Source of the DNA: Candidatus Poribacteria bacterium
Lineage (GTDB): Bacteria > Poribacteria > WGA-4E > GCA-2687025
DNA length: 64,000 bases
NCBI GenBank assembly: GCA_018644665.1
Contig: JABGQA010000059.1
Coordinates: 34,839-98,838 of the forward strand
Direction of reading: 5' to 3'
The notes under the pieces were generated by a model. That model did no database searches. It had not been told where the DNA came from and was given only the letters and a program-made list of their open reading frames with translations. Shown here one piece after another: positions 30,484 to 37,500 of this stretch. Numbering within the stretch: position 1 is the stretch's first letter; every line of letters begins with the position of its first letter. A program made the position numbers and the translations under genes.

Positions 30484-31266
30484 ATGTGGGCACGCCGATT
30501 GTCGGTACTGGTCGCTTTGGCTCTGTTCGCCCATGGGGCGGCGGCTTCGGTCTCCGTAGAAGTCACCGACGGCCTCGTACTGTACCTCAACTTCGACGAG
30601 GGAGCCGGCACGACGGCCCGTGACTCCTCGGGCGCCGGGAACGACGGAACGCTGGTCGGGAACGTGTCGTGGGTCCCCGGTCAGATAGGCGGGGCGATCT
30701 CCGTCGGCGACGATGCTTTCGAGAACAGCGTGGTGGTGGCGAACGACCCGTCGCTGAATCCTGACAGCGAGATCACCCTCGCCGCCTGGGCGCGTTCGGA
30801 GAGCTACCCCGACGACAACAATTCGCTGATAACCAAGGCCGACACGTGGATGATCCACGTCAGCAACTGGCGAGGCGAGGCCGGCTCGATCGACTGGGAA
30901 CCGCTTATCTGGTCGCCCGGATTCGTCGCCTGGCAGACTACGGCCAGCGCCCTTGTCGCCCTTGGTGAGTGGCATCACTTCGTCGGCACGTACGACGGGG
31001 CGACCACTGTGACCTACATCGACGGCGAGGAAGTGGGTCGGTTCGATCAGACGGGACCGATCGCCACGTCGGACGTGGATGTCGTCATCGGCCGCGATAG
31101 CCGCAGCTGCTGCGCGGAGCGCAAGGCTACGCAGATCATCGACGAAGCGATGATCTGGAACCGCGCGATCGGGCCGGGCGAGGTCGGCATCGTCATGAGC
31201 GGCGGCGTCGCCGTGGAAGCCCGTGGCAAGCTGGCCACGGCCTGGGGCGCGCTGAAGACTCGCTAA
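30484..31266 (+). CDS. secreted LamG domain protein, paralog 2
   Basis: LVLYLNFDEGAGTTARDSSGAGNDGTLVGNVSWVPG, WHHFVGTYDG and DEAMIWNRAIGPGEV are collinear with paralog 1. Confidence 0.8.
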   Translation: MWARRLSVLVALALFAHGAAASVSVEVTDGLVLYLNFDEGAGTTARDSSGAGNDGTLVGNVSWVPGQIGGAISVGDDAFENSVVVANDPSLNPDSEITLAAWARSESYPDDNNSLITKADTWMIHVSNWRGEAGSIDWEPLIWSPGFVAWQTTASALVALGEWHHFVGTYDGATTVTYIDGEEVGRFDQTGPIATSDVDVVIGRDSRSCCAERKATQIIDEAMIWNRAIGPGEVGIVMSGGVAVEARGKLATAWGALKTR

Positions 31267-31339
31267 GAGCGACCATTGAATGAGTAGCGGGCAGGGGGAA
31301 CGACGTTCCTCCTGCCCGTTCGCGCGTCAGGAGCCGACC

Positions 31340-32161
31340 ATGTTGCTCGAAGCGACCAACCCTGACCCGCTCTCGCTCCCGACTCTCGGCGTCTGGCAGA
31401 CCGAGGACGGGTCGATGACGCACGTCTCGGCGACCTTCCCGAACCTGCCAGACTTCACGTGCGACTCCTGGTGCTACGAGAGCGAGACGGACTTCTTCGA
31501 TGCCCGTGCGCTCGACGGCGGCCGTATCGAGCTACGCCACGCGGTACGCGGGCGCCCCGACGTCACCCTCGTCACGACGGTGACCCCCGAGCCGGAGTGT
31601 GTCGAGTTCGTGGCGCATCCCGTCACCGACGGCGCCCTGCCGGACGACCTGCTCACCCCGAACCTGTGCTGGCAGTTGCGACGGGCGCCGAGCTTCGCGA
31701 GTCGGCCCGACCCGTACCCGGAGTTTGTGAAGCGCTGTTTCATCTTCACCAAGGACGGCTTCACGCGTCTGCGCAACACCACGCGCAGAGGCATCCCGGT
31801 TCGCCCCGAGGATCACGAATACAACAACCCGCCGTGGGTGCAGATGTACCTACCCATGTGGGACGCGCCTCGTCGCGCCGGCGCCGATGCCTGGGCGGAC
31901 TACAGCGCCGACCACTACGCGCGCCCGGTCATCGGGGCGGTGTCACGCGACGAGGAACACCTAACAGCCATCGCGTGCGCTCACCCGGTGGCGCTGTGCC
32001 AGGCGTGGCACGACTGCATGCACAACAACCCGCGCTGGGAAGACGTCGACAACGACCGAGGGCGCGTGTGGCGCCTGCGCATCTACGCGATGGGGAACGA
32101 CCCGGCGGAGTTGCTGCGCCGACTGACGCGCGATTTCCCGGACGCCTCTGGTATCGGCTGA
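31340..32161 (+). CDS. hypothetical protein (no family recognised)
   Basis: An AGGAG SD sequence lies 7 nt upstream of the ATG at 31340. The sequence is protein-like and Trp/His/Cys-containing (WHDCMHNNPRWEDVDNDRGRVWRLRIY). Confidence 0.5.
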   Translation: MLLEATNPDPLSLPTLGVWQTEDGSMTHVSATFPNLPDFTCDSWCYESETDFFDARALDGGRIELRHAVRGRPDVTLVTTVTPEPECVEFVAHPVTDGALPDDLLTPNLCWQLRRAPSFASRPDPYPEFVKRCFIFTKDGFTRLRNTTRRGIPVRPEDHEYNNPPWVQMYLPMWDAPRRAGADAWADYSADHYARPVIGAVSRDEEHLTAIACAHPVALCQAWHDCMHNNPRWEDVDNDRGRVWRLRIYAMGNDPAELLRRLTRDFPDASGIG

Positions 32162-32189
32162 CGCGCCCCGAACTTCGCAAGGAAACTCC

Positions 32190-33143
32190 ATGCTCTACAA
32201 GTCACTCGGGAGTCTCTCGGTATCCGTGTTGGCGCTCGGAGGCCACGAGTATCTGGCGGACGGGAAATCGCGTGGATTCAACGAGGACCACGGTGACGCG
32301 ACAAAGGCCGGGTACGTTGGCGAAGGGTACGGCGAACGGCAGCGACGGGAAACGCTGCAGGAGGCGTATCGCCTCGGCCTCAACTTCCTCGACGTGACGA
32401 TCGACCCCGAGCAGGAGGCGCTAGGCCGCAATCTGCAGGACGACCCCCCGGCGCACGCGGTCTACGTGCACACGCGGCCGCAGGGAATGGGATACGGCTA
32501 CGGCCCCTACAACGCGCGCATGGCCCAATACGATGAGTTGCGCGCGGAGGTCGAGCGGATCTTGCGGTTGCTACAGCGGGACACGATCGACGTGCTCAAC
32601 GTCCCGTTCCTGCAGCCTGCTCTCGATCACGACCCGGACTACCTGGATAAGATCGGCGAGAACGTCGCGCGCTTGAAGGAGCGAGGGCTGATCCGGTGCG
32701 CCGGATGCGACACGTTTTCGAGCGAAGCCACGTATCTGCGGCAGATCGAGTCGGGCCATTTCGATTCGATCGCGATCAACCTCAACTTCGCCGACGAGGG
32801 CGCCGTCGATTACGTCCTGCCGGCCGCCGCGGAACGCGGGATGGGCGTCGTGACACGGGAAGCCTTCCTGAAAGGCGGGCTGTTCCGCATGGGAGACGAG
32901 GCGGGGATCGTCGATTGGGACGCGCTCGCCCGCGCGGCGCTGAAGTGGAATCTGTCTCATCTACCGGTGACGTCCGTGCTCGTCGGCGCTAAGGACGTAG
33001 CTCAGCTTCGGAACGCCGCCTCAGTCCTCGACGACCCGGCGCTGTCCGACGAGGACGAACGCTTGCTCGACCAACTGCGTGAGACGGACACCTATCGATC
33101 GACCAAGGCGAGCAAGGACGAGCGCTTCGTCTCGTCGCGATAG
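32190..33143 (+). CDS. aldo/keto reductase family protein
   Basis: The AKR-like layout includes LALGGHEY, LNFLDVTIDPEQE and TREAFLKGGLF. The SD sequence is AAGGAA. Confidence 0.7.
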   Translation: MLYKSLGSLSVSVLALGGHEYLADGKSRGFNEDHGDATKAGYVGEGYGERQRRETLQEAYRLGLNFLDVTIDPEQEALGRNLQDDPPAHAVYVHTRPQGMGYGYGPYNARMAQYDELRAEVERILRLLQRDTIDVLNVPFLQPALDHDPDYLDKIGENVARLKERGLIRCAGCDTFSSEATYLRQIESGHFDSIAINLNFADEGAVDYVLPAAAERGMGVVTREAFLKGGLFRMGDEAGIVDWDALARAALKWNLSHLPVTSVLVGAKDVAQLRNAASVLDDPALSDEDERLLDQLRETDTYRSTKASKDERFVSSR

Positions 33144-33272
33144 CCCGCCATGGCGCGGCTTACCGGGGATTGTCGACCCTAGGGCCCGCCCGCCATGCGG
33201 CAGCCCCGCGCTACGTAATAGCATGGCCGGACATCGTGAGCGTCGAGGAGAGCGACCCAAGGGAGCCTGTCG

Positions 33273-34325
33273 ATGAGCATCGGACTCGCCGTGATCGGCG
33301 CCAACCCCACGAACATGGGGTCCACGATGACGTTGCTTCGCGATGTCCCCGATCTCCGCTACGACCTGCGCGGCGTCTGTGCGAACAACCCCGAGGCGCT
33401 GGAGAGCTACGCGAAGCAGATCGGCGCGCCGTTCTGGACCACGGACTACCGCGAACTGGTGAGCCGTGACGACATCGACGTGGTGGCGGTGTACTCGCCG
33501 GACCATCTGCACGCGGAGCATTGCCTGTCCGCGATCGACGCGGGGAAGCACGTCGTCTGCACGAAGCCGATGGTCGCCGACCTGGACGACGCGAGACGCC
33601 TCGTCGGGCGGGTGCGGGAATCCGGCGTGAAGTTCCTCGTCGGGCAGACGATGCGTTTCGACACGCAATTCCTCACCATGCGTCGCTTTGTCGAAGACGG
33701 CGACCTAGGCGAGATCATGGTCGCGGAAGCCTACTACACGCACGACCTTCGGGCGATCTACGAGATGACGCCGTGGCGCCTAAACGCGCCGCAGGACTTC
33801 ATGTACGGTGGCGTCGTCCATCCGGTCGACATCCTCCGCTGCTTCATGGGCGATATTGAGGAAGTACACGCCTACGCGAGCAAGGGACTGCTCACGCCGG
33901 AGTACCCGAAGCAGAACAACTTCCTCCTGAACCTCAAGTTCGCAAACGGGGGCATCGGCCGCGCGATGGGCCTCTACGATGTCGTTCATCCGCCGATGCC
34001 GATGATGCAGGTCACGCTCTACGGCACGAAGGGCACGATGGTCGGCGAGTTCACCGACAACGAGGGTGGGTCCGTCAAGTTGGTTCTGGACAAGACCGCC
34101 GCCAAGGAGCCGTTGGTGATGGCGTGTCCACCGGAAACGGACACCAGCGTGTACGGTCACGGCCAGTCCGTCATCCGCTACATGCGGCACTTCCAGGCGT
34201 GCCTGGACGCCGACACAGAACCCGAACCGGGCGTTGTAGACGGCGCCAAGTCGATCGCCGTCGGCGCGGCCGCTTGGGAGTCTGTGCGTTCCGGCGGGGC
34301 GGTCGGCGTCTACAACGACTTCTGA
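33273..34325 (+). CDS. Gfo/Idh/MocA family oxidoreductase
   Basis: The N-terminal Rossmann is IGLAVIGA. DIDVVAVYSPDHLHAEHCLSAIDAGKHVVCTKPM contains the family EKP-like motif. Confidence 0.85.
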   Translation: MSIGLAVIGANPTNMGSTMTLLRDVPDLRYDLRGVCANNPEALESYAKQIGAPFWTTDYRELVSRDDIDVVAVYSPDHLHAEHCLSAIDAGKHVVCTKPMVADLDDARRLVGRVRESGVKFLVGQTMRFDTQFLTMRRFVEDGDLGEIMVAEAYYTHDLRAIYEMTPWRLNAPQDFMYGGVVHPVDILRCFMGDIEEVHAYASKGLLTPEYPKQNNFLLNLKFANGGIGRAMGLYDVVHPPMPMMQVTLYGTKGTMVGEFTDNEGGSVKLVLDKTAAKEPLVMACPPETDTSVYGHGQSVIRYMRHFQACLDADTEPEPGVVDGAKSIAVGAAAWESVRSGGAVGVYNDF

Positions 34326-34538
34326 ACCTCGCCTCGCTGCACACGCCACAGCATTCGGTTCGCGGCAACTCTCTACCGCGCGAAGCCGTACTTCGCCACA
34401 GGCGGAATTCGAGGGCGATTCTCGGATTGACGACGTCCTCCCGGCGTCCTACATTCCTGCTGAGCGTGTGTTGTGAAATCCTTCACAAGCCCTGGGATAA
34501 CCCTCGTGATCCCGGGCCGCTGACGGAGAGGCAGGCAC

Positions 34539-34826
34539 ATGGCGCGATGGATTCTGACGGTGGCGATGTGCACATTCGGTCTGGCCCTGGCAGCGCACGC
34601 CGTGGGTAGCGCGCACGAGGACGGAGCGGCCGCGAGAGAGAGGCTGGCAGATTGGGTTCCACCGGGGACCGACGACTACGCCAACAGCTACGCCCGTGGC
34701 CTTGAGATCGTCCTGAATTATCCCGGTCACGAGGTGTTGGGCGAGCGAGCAGGCGATCGCGGAGCCCATCCGCTTCGTCACCCGTGCTATGGGACCAACT
34801 GGCGCACGGGTGTCGACGCATACTGA
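34539..34826 (+). CDS. hypothetical secreted small protein
   Basis: Has the signal peptide MARWILTVAMCTFGLALAAHAVGSA. It ends at a TGA that is in frame with the next ORF. Confidence 0.4.
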   Translation: MARWILTVAMCTFGLALAAHAVGSAHEDGAAARERLADWVPPGTDDYANSYARGLEIVLNYPGHEVLGERAGDRGAHPLRHPCYGTNWRTGVDAY

Positions 34827-34832
34827 GCATGG

Positions 34833-35156
34833 ATGACCGCTCTACGCGACACGGAGCGTCTGGGGGAAGCGCGATGGCACAACAACGCCGTTTTCCAGCT
34901 TCGGCTGAACCGAGCGGCCGCAATCCGCTACCTCAACGCGATGCGCGAGCGACATCCACAGACGGCGGAGTATCTCGACGGCGCCATTGGCCTGTACGAG
35001 GCGGTGATGGCGGCGTTGGAAGGCGCGGACACCGGCGGGAATGCGCTGTCGTCCGCAGAGGGACGTGGCGCGCTGATCGCCGTGATTGAGGAGATTGTCG
35101 ACCTCGAGGGCCGGGCGGCGGACGCGCTGGAGAAGGCGGCGGACATACTCGACTGA
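34833..35156 (+). CDS. hypothetical helical protein
   Basis: A 107-aa Ala/Glu/Leu-rich ORF in the same reading frame as 34539-34826, beginning 7 nt after that TGA. Confidence 0.4.
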   Translation: MTALRDTERLGEARWHNNAVFQLRLNRAAAIRYLNAMRERHPQTAEYLDGAIGLYEAVMAALEGADTGGNALSSAEGRGALIAVIEEIVDLEGRAADALEKAADILD

Positions 35157-35212
35157 CTTCCCAAAACTCCGCCCGAGGACTCATGGACACCCGCACGAGG
35201 GAAGGGACGACA

Positions 35213-35593
35213 ATGGCGACGAAGACGGTCGAGGGTGGCTGCGTCTGCGGAGACGTTCGGTACCGCCTGAACGACGATGAGATCGTAGGTGGCGGCATGT
35301 GCTACTGCGCAAACTGCCGCGTGGCGCATGGCGCGCCGGGTTCTGCCTGGATATCGGTTCCGGCGAACGGCGTGACGTTCACGAGTGGTGAGCCCGCGGT
35401 ATATGCGTACACGCGTGAGGACGGCAGGGCCGCCCAACGCGGCTTCTGTGGGAAGTGCGGCTCTCAGCTTACCTACTACGCCGCCGGCGAGCCGCGAACG
35501 GACATCACGACCTGCACCCTCGACGACCCGGAGGCGTTCCCGCCCAAAGGCAGCACCTGGGAGGAGGAGAAGCTCTCCTGGGTGGACGCCTAG
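35213..35593 (+). CDS. GFA (glutathione-dependent formaldehyde-activating / CENP-V) family protein
   Basis: The Zn-binding Cys pattern is GGCVCGDVRY...CYCANCR...FCGKCGSQL. The SD sequence GGGAAGGGA lies upstream of the ATG at 35213. Confidence 0.8.
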   Translation: MATKTVEGGCVCGDVRYRLNDDEIVGGGMCYCANCRVAHGAPGSAWISVPANGVTFTSGEPAVYAYTREDGRAAQRGFCGKCGSQLTYYAAGEPRTDITTCTLDDPEAFPPKGSTWEEEKLSWVDA

Positions 35594-35699
35594 CCGAAGC
35601 CGCGGGCGTCCAGCGTCTCGCGGGCTCCGGCAGACGTTCCGGCGCGGAACCATAGCGGCGCCCGTGGCGCCGCTGAGTCACGGCATGCAGTCGGTCGGA

Positions 35700-37124
35700 T
35701 CAGGCCACAAGCTCTTCGCGGATCATTCCCGCCGCGTCGGGGCAGAAGCCGGCGGGGAACAGCGTGCGTTCGTCATACTTCGCCCGCCTGGCGCGGACCT
35801 CCTGCATTCGAGCGTCGGTCATGTCGGCGCCGCGTAGATCGGCGGAGGCGAGGTCCGCTCTCGTCATGTCCGCGCCACTGAGGGTCGCGTGACACAGGTT
35901 CGCTCCGTGCAGGACGGCTCCCGTGAGGATCGTCTGGCGAAGGCTCGCGCCGCTCAGCCGGGCCGACTTGAGGTTCGCGCCACGGAGATTCGCCATGTCG
36001 ACACCGGCGCCTTCCATGTTGGAACCGTTGAGGCCGGCGCCCATAAGATCCGCGTTCCGCAGGTCGGCGCCGCGCATGTCGACATCGGGCATTCGCGTCC
36101 GTTGGAGACCGGCGCCCTTCAGTTTCGTGGCGCCGGCGATCCTGTGCATCCCCCTGGCCGGAGCGCGAAAGCCTCGCGGGAACGCCGTGGCATCGTCGTA
36201 CAGCGCGCCCCGTAGGACGGCTCTGGAGAGCCGGCACATGGACAGGTTCGCTCCGCGCAGATCCGTTCCGCGCATGTCGGCTGCCCTCAGATCGGCCCCG
36301 TGTACGTCCACGCCACGGAGGTCCATGCCGCTCAGGTTCACGCGGCGTAGTGAGGCGTTTGGTCCCACGCGCTTCATGGCCTCTGCGGTGGCGTCGAGGC
36401 CCTCTGGCAGCTTGGTGTCAGCGTCGTAGAGGGCCCCGCGCAGGTCCGCTCCGAAAAGCTCAGACACTCTGAGGTCCGCGCCGCGCACGTCGGCGCCGGT
36501 CATACAGACGCCCGACATGGACGCGTTACGGAAATCGGTCCGATACGCGCGCGCATCCGATAGGTCCGCGTTGGCGAGGGTTGCGCCCGCGAGCGTCGCG
36601 CCGTCGAGTCGCGCCCCACCCATGCTCGCCCCACGAAGGAGGGCGCCGGTGAGGTTCGCTTTGTGGGCATGGCTCTCGCGCATGTCGCACGCGGTCATCT
36701 TGGACTCTCGCAGGTCCGCCCATTCCAGGTTGGCTCCGCGTAGGCTCGCTTCCCGGAGATTCGCCCCACGCAGGACAGCGCCTTGGAGGACGGCGCTATC
36801 GAGTGTGGCCGAGGACAGGTCCGCCTCTCGCATGTTCGCGGCGAGCATGTGGGCCCCGGTGCAATCGACGCCGCGCATGTGCGCCCGTGCCAGGTTGCCG
36901 TAGGCGGCGTTCGCGCCCTTCATATTTGCGCCGACAAGCGTCGCTCCAGCGAGGTCGGTCTCCCGCAGGTCGGCGTCACTGAGATCGGCTGCGCGGAGAC
37001 CCTCGGCCTCTGCGCTCGCGTCGCCGATGGCGTCGGCCTGAAAGCCCTGAAGCAGCATGTCATCACCCAACGGGACGATGAGGGCGGGGGAGGAGGTCTT
37101 GATCCCGCGTAGCAGTCCGATCAT
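35700..37124 (-). CDS. pentapeptide-repeat protein, three tandem modules
   Basis: Nearly the whole protein is A(D/N)Lxx repeats (ADLSDADLRETDLAGATLVGANMKGAN...). Three module-terminal motifs are present: ALYDADTKLPEGL, ALYDDATAFPRGF and AKYDERTLFPAGF. The ATG at 37124 has a strong SD sequence (AGGAGA, 6 nt upstream). The ORF is also open to the GTG at 37205. Confidence 0.9.
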   Translation of the reverse strand: MIGLLRGIKTSSPALIVPLGDDMLLQGFQADAIGDASAEAEGLRAADLSDADLRETDLAGATLVGANMKGANAAYGNLARAHMRGVDCTGAHMLAANMREADLSSATLDSAVLQGAVLRGANLREASLRGANLEWADLRESKMTACDMRESHAHKANLTGALLRGASMGGARLDGATLAGATLANADLSDARAYRTDFRNASMSGVCMTGADVRGADLRVSELFGADLRGALYDADTKLPEGLDATAEAMKRVGPNASLRRVNLSGMDLRGVDVHGADLRAADMRGTDLRGANLSMCRLSRAVLRGALYDDATAFPRGFRAPARGMHRIAGATKLKGAGLQRTRMPDVDMRGADLRNADLMGAGLNGSNMEGAGVDMANLRGANLKSARLSGASLRQTILTGAVLHGANLCHATLSGADMTRADLASADLRGADMTDARMQEVRARRAKYDERTLFPAGFCPDAAGMIREELVA

Positions 37125-37205
37125 TTCGTTTCTCCTGTGCGCATCCGGAAGTCTGGGGCGTTCGCGATCTAACCCGACCTGGCGGAGTCGAGCCGTCTGG
37201 GCCAC

Positions 37206-37340
37206 CTATCGAGGAGCGTGGCCGTCGGCGTCTGTTGGCAGGTGCTTCATGTGGTCCTCGCGCGAGCTGGCAACCAGGGCGCTCATGAACACGGCGACGA
37301 CGATCATGGCAGCGACAAATGGAGCTAACGTCAATATCAT
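37206..37340 (-). CDS. 44-aa single-pass membrane peptide (below the ORF-track cutoff when started at its ATG)
   Basis: MILTLAPFVAAMIVVAVFMSALVASSREDHMKHLPTDADGHAPR. A GGAG SD sequence lies upstream of the ATG at 37340. It sits immediately downstream of the operator-flanked promoter and directly upstream of the pentapeptide gene. Confidence 0.45.
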   Translation of the reverse strand: MILTLAPFVAAMIVVAVFMSALVASSREDHMKHLPTDADGHAPR

Positions 37341-37407
37341 CCTGATCTCCTTCGCCGGTGTGGACGGCATGCGCCTCGAACAACCGGGGTTTCGACGGGC
37401 AACGCTT

Positions 37408-37419
37408 CTACAAATGTAG
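37408..37419. promoter_or_regulatory. candidate BlaI/MecI-type operator, copy 1 (CTACAAATGTAG), downstream of the -10 box
   Basis: A perfect 12-bp palindrome containing the TACA/TGTA dyad known for BlaI/MecI operators. It is identical to copy 2 and differs by 1 nt from copy 3. Confidence 0.6.
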
Positions 37420-37431
37420 GAGCTACTGGAG

Positions 37432-37460
37432 AGGATAGTGCACGGCAGAGGCGATGTCAA
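37432..37460 (-). promoter_or_regulatory. sigma-70-type promoter TTGACA-17-TATCCT for the small-peptide/pentapeptide operon
   Basis: The minus strand reads CTACATTTGTAG-TTGACA-tcgcctctgccgtgcac-TATCCT. The -35 box abuts operator copy 2. Confidence 0.55.
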
Positions 37461-37472
37461 CTACAAATGTAG
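37461..37472. promoter_or_regulatory. candidate BlaI/MecI-type operator, copy 2 (CTACAAATGTAG), abutting the -35 box
   Basis: A perfect palindrome 53 bp from copy 1, lying in the 160-bp gap between the BlaR1-like stop and the small ORF. Confidence 0.6.
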
Positions 37473-37500
37473 AATAAGTTGGATTCGACGCGGATGCCGA

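Noticed and set aside
34824-34826. In-frame TGA as a selenocysteine codon
   Set aside because: Only a weak 5-bp hairpin follows. No sel genes are in the window, and the surrounding residues do not resemble a redox motif (no CxxU/UxxC). It is reported as an open question rather than a call.
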